Assembly (NCBI RefSeq): GCF_006345805.1
Contig: NW_021826443.1
Coordinates: 1-13,028 of the forward strand
Source of the DNA: Octopus sinensis
Lineage: Eukaryota
Direction of reading: 5' to 3'
DNA: 13,028 nt
In this document: one piece after another, positions 1 to 7,334 of the stretch
Position numbering within the stretch: position 1 is the stretch's first letter
Layout: each line of letters starts with the position of its first letter
Made by a program: the position numbers and the translations under genes
Notes under the pieces: model-generated
Told to the model about the DNA's origin: nothing
Seen by the model: only the letters and a program-made list of their open reading frames with translations
Databases searched by the model: none

Positions 1-41
1 GTTGTTGAATTTCACGAAGGCACGGCGTCTGTAATGTATTG

Positions 42-231
42 CTTTTAAATTTTGGTACAAGTCCTGACCCCACCACCACCACCACCAGTGTTTAACTGAA
101 ACCTATTTTATCGACCCCCGAAGAGATGAAAAGCAAAGTCGACTTCGGCGGAATTTGAACTCAAAACATGAAGACAGAAGAAATGCCGCCAAGCATTTTA
201 TCCGGTGCGCAAACAATACTGCCAGCTCGCC
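42..231 (-). mobile_element. tRNA-derived SINE, family A (octopod-type), with probable 15-bp TSD
   Basis: Reverse complement reads GGCGAGCTGGCAG...TGAGTTCAAATTCCGCCGAAGTCGACTTTGC...GGGTCGATAAAATA, homologous to copies at 3452-3684 and 12190-12324. Flanks GTCTGTAATGTATTG (27-41) and GTCTCTAATGTATTG (237-251) match 14/15. Confidence 0.85.
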
Positions 232-282
232 TTGATGTCTCTAATGTATTGGTAAATTAAAACCATTGAGGCGGGATTTTTA

Positions 283-488
283 GTGCAGGTGGCAGGATCT
301 TTAGTGCATCGAACAAAAATACTTAGTGACATTTCGTTCTTCTTTACGTTCTGAGTTCAAACTCTGGTGAATTCGACTTTACATTTTATCCATTCTGGGT
401 CGATAAAATAACTATCAGCTACTGTATTTTATGTAATTGATTTCCCCAGTTCTCAGTTTTGCAGGCCTTGTGCCAAAATAAGAAAGGA
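283..488 (+). mobile_element. Degenerate SINE, family A
   Basis: Contains TTTACGTTCTGAGTTCAAA, TCGACTTT, GGGTCGATAAAATA and 3' GGCCTTGTGCCAAAA, collinear with the other family A copies. Confidence 0.75.
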
Positions 489-571
489 TACATTAGTCGA
501 ATCTATAACCAATCGACTAATAATAAAAGCGTAGAACTGAACCAGTGCATGTGTTATTAATACTGGCATAA

Positions 572-820
572 ATAAAATAAATGCGCCCTTTTTATAGCCT
601 AGCCAGGTTCATGGGCCCGGTTTGCCGGTTTCTATGGCGTATGTGTTCCCCAGCTGGATGGGATGCCAGTCCATCGCAGCGTTACTCATTTTTGTCAGCT
701 GAGTGGACTGGAACAACGTGAAATGAAGTGTTTTGCTCAAGAACACAACACGTCGCCCGGTCCAGAAATCGAAACCACAATCTTACGATCATGCCTAACC
801 ACTAAGCCACATGCCTCCAC
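572..820 (-). mobile_element. SINE family B, copy 1 of tandem trimer
   Basis: About 250-bp unit. The minus-strand tRNA-like head has A box TGGCTTAGTGG and B-box-like GGTTTCGATTTC, with an ~11-bp deletion in the head relative to copies 2 and 3. Confidence 0.85.
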
Positions 821-1071
821 AAATAAATGTGCCCTTTTAAAGCCTAGCCAGGCTCATGGGCCCGGTTTCCCGGTTTCAATGACGTATGTGTTGTCCAGCT
901 GGACGGGACGCCAGTCCATCGCAGCGTTACTCATTTTTGCCAGCTGAGTGGACTGGAGCAACGTGAAATTAAGTGTTTTGCTCAAGAACACAACGCGTCG
1001 TCCGGTCCAGGAATCGAAACCACAATCTTACGATCATGGTGCTGATACTCTAACCACTAAGTCACACACCT

Positions 1072-1075
<4 letters not shown>
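821..1075 (-). mobile_element. SINE family B, copy 2 of tandem trimer
   Basis: Collinear with copies 1 and 3; abuts copy 1 directly (CCTCCAC|AAATAAATGTGCCC). Confidence 0.85.
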
Positions 1076-1122
<47 letters not shown>

Positions 1123-1137
1123 ATAAATAATAATAAA
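1074..1137. repeat. (CA)n(TA)n(TAA)n microsatellite between SINE copies 2 and 3
   Basis: Directly visible. Confidence 0.95.
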
Positions 1138-1377
1138 TGCGCCCTTTTAAAGCCTAGCCAGGCTCATGGGCCCAGTTTCTATGGCGTATGTGTTCCCCAG
1201 CTGGACGGGACGCTAGTCCATCGCAGCGTTACTCATTTTTGCCAACTGAGAGGACTGGAGCAACGTGAAATGAAGTGTTTTGCCCAAGAACACAACGCAT
1301 CGTCCGGTCCAGGAATCGAAACCACAATCTTACGATCATGGTACTGACACCCTAACCACTAAGCCATGCGCCTCCAC
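1122..1377 (-). mobile_element. SINE family B, copy 3 of tandem trimer
   Basis: A box (plus strand CCACTAAGCCA, 1356-1366) and B box (plus strand GGAATCGAAACC, 1312-1323); (TAA)n tail. Confidence 0.85.
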
Positions 1378-1435
1378 ATTAATACTGGCATAATGATTCT
1401 AAAAAATAGAATTCTAAAAAATGCTTTACTAAATA

Positions 1436-2114
1436 TTGGGTTGTCGCATAAGTTCGTTCCTTTATATTCCCTTTATTCATCAACAGTTGTAACAAATCAC
1501 TAAATAATATATTCGCCATCCTCATCCTTGCCAAAGTTCTTCCATCTTGTCAATGCCGTCGCGGCAAAAATCACCGGATCTTGGCTCAAAGAATTCATCG
1601 AGCCATCTCTTCAGCTCCACGTCGTTGTGAGGCAAAACGCCTCGCAGACTGTCGTAGAGCGATATTAAAAGGTTAGGCGCTGTATCAGAAGAATTTTCTA
1701 GGTTCGGTATTTGTCTTTTTCGTTCAGAGCTTTTGGCATCCATGCACCAAATTTTGGACCTTACCCATCGAGTAAAGGTAACGAGTAGCAGTTTCAGGAA
1801 AGCATTCAATCTGCTGAATGAACCGTGTGGGTCTGTCGGAACGCGGAGGGTTCGCGAGGTCGAGTTTTTCCCTCCATGTCTGTGCAGTTCTTTCAGGAAT
1901 AGCATCTTTTCCATACACAGCACAAATGTCTGGAATTGCTTGGGCAGCTTTGGAGCCTTGACTGAAAGCGAAGACAATCAACTGTGCACAATACTCATTG
2001 TATTCGACTTGGCTCTCCACTGTCGTATGTCTGGAAAGAGATAAAATTTATTCAAATTTCAAAACCGATTATATAACACTGAAAAGAAACGAACGAATTT
2101 ATCTGACAACTCAA
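1436..2114 (-). mobile_element. Internally deleted, non-autonomous mariner (DD34D family) DNA transposon
   Basis: TIRs TTGGGTTGTCGCATAAGTTCGTTCCTTT (from 1436) and TTGAGTTGTCAGATAAATTCGTTCGTTT (reverse complement, ending 2114); TA on both sides (1434-35, 2115-16); transposase remnants inside. Confidence 0.92.
1500..2020 (-). pseudogene. Mariner transposase pseudogene (N-terminal HTH plus C-terminus; catalytic core deleted)
   Basis: N-terminus (GTG)ESQVEYNEYCAQLIVFAFSQGSKAAQAIPDICAVYGKDAIPERTAQTW; WMPKAL (equivalent to WVPHEL, 1725-1742) after a frameshift; SSDTAP (equivalent to YSPDLAP, 1675-1692); C-terminal KRWLDEFFEPRSGDFCRDGIDKMEELW followed by GEYII. Confidence 0.9.
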
Positions 2115-2156
2115 TACATCGCCCTCTCCTGGAAGTACAGAATCTTCTGTATACAT

Positions 2157-2215
2157 CAGTGGTTCTCAAATGGGGTTCGCATGACCCTTGGAGGTTCCCC
2201 AAAATTTCAGGGTTT
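2157..2215 (+). mobile_element. Possible orphan hAT/Charlie-type terminus
   Basis: CAGTGGTTCTCAA at 2157-2169 matches the common hAT-Charlie TIR start; no partner TIR seen in the window. Confidence 0.3.
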
Positions 2216-2289
2216 GTGCCTATTGTAGGAAGGATTATTACCACAATATTTAAGTACCTCGATAAAAAACATCTCACTTGTGTAGTTTT

Positions 2290-2462
2290 ATAATTAAATT
2301 TATTGTCAGTTAAAATAATTTGATAAAAATATTTTCTGCATTATTATCTGGGTTGTTTGGTTATTGTAACGTCAGCACATCACTTGTGCTGTTCTGTAAA
2401 ATTATTTCCTGTCAGCGTATTGCTTGGGTAGCTCAATAATTATACTTTCCGTCAGCACATTA
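2290..2462. repeat. Degenerate ~40-bp monomers of the minisatellite seen at 3700-4900
   Basis: Recurring ATTT..TGTCAGC(A/G)(C/T)AT motif, e.g. TTTCCTGTCAGCGTATTGCTTGG at ~2405-2427. Confidence 0.7.
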
Positions 2463-2870
2463 CTCTTTACTCTTTACTCTTTTACTTGTTTCAGTCATTT
2501 GACTGCGACCATGCTGGAGCACCGCCTTTAGTCGAGCAAATCGACCCCTAGACTTATTCTTTGTAAGCCTAGTACTTGTTCTATCGGTCTCTTTTGCTGA
2601 ACCGCTAAGTTACAGGGACGTAAACACGCCAGCATCGGTTGTCAAGCGATTTTGGGGGGACAAACACAGACACACAAACACACACAAACACACACACACA
2701 CATATACATATATACGACGGGCTTCTTTCAGTTTCCGTCTACCAAATCCACTCACAAGGCTGTGGTCGACCCGAGGCTATAGTAGAAGACACTTGTCTAA
2801 GGTGGGACTGAACCCAGAACCATGTGGGTTGGTAAGCAAGCTACTTACCACACATCCACTCCTGTGCCTA
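2463..2870 (-). mobile_element. Near full-length SINE family C (octopod-type) with internal (CA)n(TA)n and (TACTCTT)n-like tail
   Basis: Minus-strand head TAGGCACAGGAGTGGATGTGTGGTAAGTAGC...GGTTCTGGGTTCAGTCCC; body GTGAGTGGATTTGGTAGACGGAAACTGAAAGAAGCCCGTCG; 3' end GACTGAAACAAGTAAAAGAG shared with 8641-8787. Confidence 0.88.
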
Positions 2871-2997
2871 TATTTCAGTAATTCGATTAAGCTGTTTGCT
2901 ACCAGCACATTAATTGTCACAGTTCAATAAAACCATTTAACTGTCAGCACATTACTTCTGGGTAGTAGTTCGATAAAACTATTTCCTGTCAGCATAT
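2871..2997. repeat. Degenerate minisatellite monomers
   Basis: TATTTCAGTAATTCGATTA matches 4938-4956; two further TGTCAGCA cores. Confidence 0.7.
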
Positions 2998-3310
2998 GAA
3001 ATCAAATGAAAATTGGACGACAAATAATATTGTTCGTGTAGGAAGCTACGAAATTCTTACATTGTTTCGATTTTCTGTACTTGAAACCGTCTGATGGTAC
3101 TAGCAGAGAAAATGGAAAAGGCTTTGCTCCGGAGAATGGTGAAGGAGATGCACTGAAACAGCTACTAAGGCCCACAGGGCTCGCACTTGCGGATAACCAA
3201 CTCCTCCCCGTTAGCGGTGAGCAAAGATATGGCCCGGGGGCCGAGAACCCCGGAGGTCTCCATTGCCATAGGCCTAACTATAAACTTGTCGAAGGACGAC
3301 CGATACTTTG
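2998..3310 (-). mobile_element. 5'-truncated remnant of a CRE-like (REL endonuclease) non-LTR retrotransposon
   Basis: Minus frame 3308-3057 translates KYRSSFDKFIVRPMAMETSGVLGPRAISLLTANGEELVIRKCEPCGP**LFQCISFTILRSKAFSIFSA. This resembles the recalled REL C-terminal pattern KY..L...F.PxAxETxGxxG.....LFQRISxAIxRGNAxSI. Two in-frame TAG codons. Confidence 0.72.
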
Positions 3311-3359
3311 ACAGCGTATTGCTTCTGTATTTTTATAAGATCATTTACAGTCAGCATAT

Positions 3360-3439
3360 TGGCCTAGTGGTTAAGGTGCTGCATTACGATCGCAAGATTG
3401 TGGTTTCGATTACCGCACTGGGCGGTGCGTTGTGTTTTG
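3360..3439 (+). mobile_element. Head-only fragment of SINE family B
   Basis: TGGCCTAGTGGTTAAGG...GATCGCAAGATTGTGGTTTCGATT...GCGTTGTGTT aligns to the head of the trimer units. Confidence 0.8.
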
Positions 3440-3451
3440 GATTATTAATTT

Positions 3452-3684
3452 AGAGCGGCGAGCTGGCAGAAACGTTAGCACGCCGGGCGAAATGCGTAGC
3501 CGTATTTCGTCTGCCGTTACGTTCTGAGTTCAAATTCCGCCGAGGTCAACTTTGCCTTTCATCCTTTCGGGGTCGATTAAATAAGTACCAGTTACGCACT
3601 GGGGTCGATGTAATCGACTTAATCCTTTTGTCTGTTTTAATTTGTCCCCTCTATGTTTATCCCCCTGTGGGCAATAAAGAAATC
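3452..3684 (+). mobile_element. Well-preserved SINE with family A head and 12-bp TSD
   Basis: GCGGCGAGCTGGCAGAAACGTTAGC...GAGTTCAAATTCCGCCGAGG...; flanks GATTATTAATTT (3440-3451) and GATAATTAATTT (3685-3696) match 11/12. Confidence 0.9.
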
Positions 3685-3699
3685 GATAATTAATTTGAT

Positions 3700-4935
3700 A
3701 ATTTTATTTATTGCCAACACGCTGCTTGTATAATTTCATAAATATCATTTACCGTCAGCATATTGCTTGGATACTTTGATAATTCTATTTATCGTCAGCA
3801 CACAGCTTGTATAGTTCCATAAATATCATTTATTGTCAGCGTATTGCTTGGATACTTTGATAATTCTATTTATCGTCAGCACACTGCTTGTGTAGTTCCA
3901 TAAATATCCTTTATTGTCAGCGTATTGCTTGGATCGTTTAATAATTCTATTTATCGTCCGCACACAGCTTGTGTAGTTCCATAAAGATAATTTATTGTCA
4001 GCGTATTGTTTGGATCGTTTAATAATTCCATTTATCGTCAGCACACTGCTTGTGTAGTTCCATAAATATCATTTATTGTCAGCATATTTCTTGGATCGTT
4101 AAATAATTCTATTTATCGTCAGCACACTGCTTGTGTAGTTCCATAAATATCATTTATTGTCAGCGTATTGTTTGGATCGTTTAATAATTCTATTTATCGT
4201 CAGCACACAGCTTGTGTAGTTCCATAAATATCATTTATTGTCAGCGTATTTCTTGGATCGTTTAATAATTCCATTTATCGTCAGCACACTGCTTGTGTAG
4301 TTCCATAAATATCATTTATTGTCAGCGTATTTCTTGGATCGTTTAATAATTCCATTTATCGTCAGCACACTGCTTGTGTAGTTCCATAAATATAATTTAT
4401 TGTCAGCATATTGCTTGGATCGTTTAATAATTCTATTTATCGTCAGCACACAGCTTGTGTAGTTCCATAAATATCATTTATTGTCAGCGTATTGTTTGGA
4501 TCGTTTAATAATTCTATTTATCGTCAGCACACTGCTTGTGTAGTTCCATAAATATCCTTTATTGTCAGCGTATTGCTTGGATCGTTTAATAATTCTATTT
4601 ATCGTCCGCACACAGCTTGTGTAGCTCCATAAATATCATTTATTGTCAGCATATTGCTTGGATCGTTTAATAATTCTATTTATCGTCAGCACACTGCTTG
4701 TGTAGTTCCATAAATATCATTTATTGTCAGCATATTGCTTGGATAGTTAAATAATTCCATTTATCGTCAGCACACTGCCTGTGTAGTTCCATAAATATCA
4801 TTTATTGTCAGCGTATTGCTTGGATCGTTTAATAATTCTATTTATCGTCAGCACACTGCTTGTGTAGTTCCATAAATATCATTTATTGTCAGCGTATTGT
4901 TTGGCTAGTTCGACAATTCTATTTACCGTCAACAC
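3700..4935. repeat. 81-bp tandem minisatellite (41+40-bp dimer), about 15 units
   Basis: The TATCGTC anchor recurs at 3790, 3871, 3952, 4033, 4114 ... 4843 (14 anchors, exact 81-bp register). Subunits are TTTATCGTCAGCACACTGCTTGTGTAGTTCCATAAATATCA and TTTATTGTCAGCGTATTGCTTGGATCGTTTAATAATTCTA. Confidence 0.97.
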
Positions 4936-5132
4936 ATTATTTCAGTAATTCGATTACGCCATTTGCTATCAATGTATCGTCTTTGTGTCCATACCATTCG
5001 CAACTTGCACAGTGGATTCGATAAGCCATTTTCTGTCAACATATTGCTTGAATAATTCGATATAGCCATTTAGTGTCAGCATGTTGTCTGTGTTGTCCGA
5101 TAAAGCCATTTACTGTCAGCTTATTGCTTCTT
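4936..5132. repeat. Degenerate right flank of the minisatellite
   Basis: Repeated TTCGAT..GCCATTT..TGTCA(A/G)C motifs at roughly 37-40-bp spacing. Confidence 0.7.
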
Positions 5133-5149
5133 AATGAAATCATTAAACG

Positions 5150-5228
5150 CCTGCTGCTTGCTGCTGCTGCTGTTGGTGTCGGCTGCTGCTGTTGGCTGCT
5201 GCTTGGCAAGCTTTGCACTGCTGCTGTT
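5150..5228. repeat. Imperfect (CTG)n
   Basis: Directly visible. Confidence 0.8.
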
Positions 5229-5299
5229 GAGAAAGAAGATGGAGTCGCTCACTGATAAAGGCGGCAATCGTCTTTTTTACGTTGGCTGTTATTTGTCCG

Positions 5300-6384
5300 C
5301 ACTCACACACGTACAAAAGTACATGAATACACACACACACACACACAACACACATGCACACACGTACAAACGTACATGAATACACACACACACACACACA
5401 CACACATGCACAAACGTACATGAATACACACACACACACACACACACACATGCACACACGTACAAACGTACATGAATACACACACACACACATGTATACG
5501 CGTACACACACCCACACGCACACACCTGCACATATATAGTATTATACACTCACAAACGTACACACACATTCACATATGTTAACTTGTACATAGATATATA
5601 CACACATACACACTCTCACATACACACGTGCATAGATACACATACACACATATATATATATATATAGTCTCACACATTCATACGCGTACACACGTACATA
5701 GATACACACATACACATATAGTCTCACACACACACGCACACATACACACACTCACATATATACATAGTCTCACTCACTCATACACGTAGACACGTACATA
5801 GATAAACACACGCACACACACAGACACACACACAAACGTACGTAGCTAACATATACATTCGTACATACATATACAGATATACACATACACACATTTATAT
5901 ATAATTACATATATATATATATGCATACGTATATACACCACCTCATACATATCTACATCCATACACAAAGGCATACACACGTACATATATATGTATATGT
6001 ATATATATATACATATATACACACACACATACATACGTACATACGTAACGTATACACATAAGAACGTACCTAACATAAGTACATAACATACACACATATG
6101 CATACATATATATATATATATATATACATACATAGCATACATACATGCGTTTATACATACACGCATACATACGTACGTGTATATACACATACATGCTCAC
6201 ATATACGCATGCATATACATATGTATGCGTATCGTATACACGATGTCCATAAATTTATTTACAATTTGACGCGTTAAAGTGTGGAAGTTGTAAACGTAAT
6301 TCATGGACACTCTGTATCTTAATCGATACAGACTACAAAAACACACATATACACACACATTTATTTACGCACATACACACACAC

Positions 6385-6415
<31 letters not shown>

Positions 6416-6482
6416 CATACATACATACATACATACATGCATGCATACACACATTTATATACACACATATACGCACACACAA
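5300..6482. repeat. Compound alternating purine-pyrimidine field, (CA)n/(TA)n/(TACA)n, with local higher-order units
   Basis: GTACATGAATACAC recurs at 5319, 5372, 5416 and 5468; TAGTCTCAC occurs three times at ~5665-5772; pure (TACA)n at ~6386-6436. Confidence 0.95.
6239..6314. mobile_element. 76-bp Tc1/mariner-like mini-MITE
   Basis: Left end CACGATGTCCATAAATTTATTTACAATTT versus reverse-complemented right end CAGAGTGTCCATGAATTACGTTTACAACTT; TA at 6237-38 and 6315-16; ~17-bp spacer. Confidence 0.62.
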
Positions 6483-6854
6483 GCGTAGGTCGGCATTAGA
6501 TTCCCGTATTGATGAGAAAGTAATATTCTCGTATCACCGTTCCGTCTTCGTGTTCCCCCCCCTTGTCCCCTTCATTCTCACTTTCCTCTCCAACCACGAC
6601 CACCCCTATTCACCCCGCTTCCCTTCCCCACCCTACTACCAACCCACCCACCCACCACACAGCCGTAAAAGCAAGATTTGGTTTTAATTATCTGGCAATC
6701 ATATGATACCAGTTCAGAAAATTAAATGGCAGCCGCGAGAAAATTGAAACGGGTTAAAGAAGGACAGGAGAGGAGACGGAGTGGTGGAGTGGTGTGTGTG
6801 CGGTGGGATGGGGGTAGGGTTTGTTTTAATTCTACTCTGCCCTACCCGTATCAT

Positions 6855-6912
6855 ACCCCCAACTACTACCACCACCACCACAACCACCATCACTACCAAC
6901 AACAACAACAAC
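6855..6912. repeat. (ACC)n(AAC)n microsatellite
   Basis: Directly visible. Confidence 0.85.
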
Positions 6913-6961
6913 ATGCTCTCAAACTGCTTCTATCTTTGTATCTTTAGGTCTGGACTGACCA

Positions 6962-7303
6962 GGTATGGATGGATGAATGGATAGATCGATCGATGGGTAG
7001 ATGGGTGGATAGGCGGATGGAGAGATAGATGGATGGATGGATGGATGGATGGATGGATGCTGACAGATAGATAGATAGATAGAAAAATAGATAGATAGAT
7101 GGACGAATTGATAAATGGAGCGGGGGGGGGGCAGGATGCATTGTGAAATGGATGGATAAGATGAATGGATCGATGGATAGGTAGATAAACTGATCGATGG
7201 ATCGATGGATAAATAGATAAACTGATAGATGGATCGATCGATCGATAGATAAACTGAGAGATGGATTGACGGATAGATAGATAAACTGATCGATGGATCG
7301 ATG

Positions 7304-7334
<31 letters not shown>

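Noticed and set aside
492-521. 9-bp perfect inverted repeat ATTAGTCGA / TCGACTAAT with a 12-nt loop
   Set aside because: Short enough to arise by chance in 13 kb; no terminator or TE context.
663-1130. ORFs 663-947 and 948-1130 as genes
   Set aside because: They are antisense read-throughs of SINE copies and a (CA)n tract.
1300-1377. tRNA genes at SINE heads (also 3360-3439 and 8550-8622)
   Set aside because: A and B boxes are present, but each continues into a SINE body or fragment, with no paired acceptor stem or oligo-T terminator.
1522-2044. ORFs 1522-1977 (-) and 1733-2044 (+) as independent genes
   Set aside because: They are out-of-frame or antisense readings of the frameshifted mariner pseudogene; only the last ~55 aa of 1522-1977 is real transposase.
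3081-3453. Plus-strand ORFs 3081-3311 and 3187-3453
   Set aside because: No recognisable motif; they are shadows of the minus-strand REL remnant and run into satellite or SINE sequence.
3826-4044. 27-aa repeat ORF in the 81-bp array
   Set aside because: The consensus unit has a stop in this frame (TGA after ADNK) and in all three plus-strand frames; the ORF exists only where two units lost the stop.
3700-4935. CRISPR-like appearance of the regularly spaced array
   Set aside because: The intervening segments are themselves repeated (A/B dimer), so there are no unique spacers; there are no cas genes and the context is eukaryotic.
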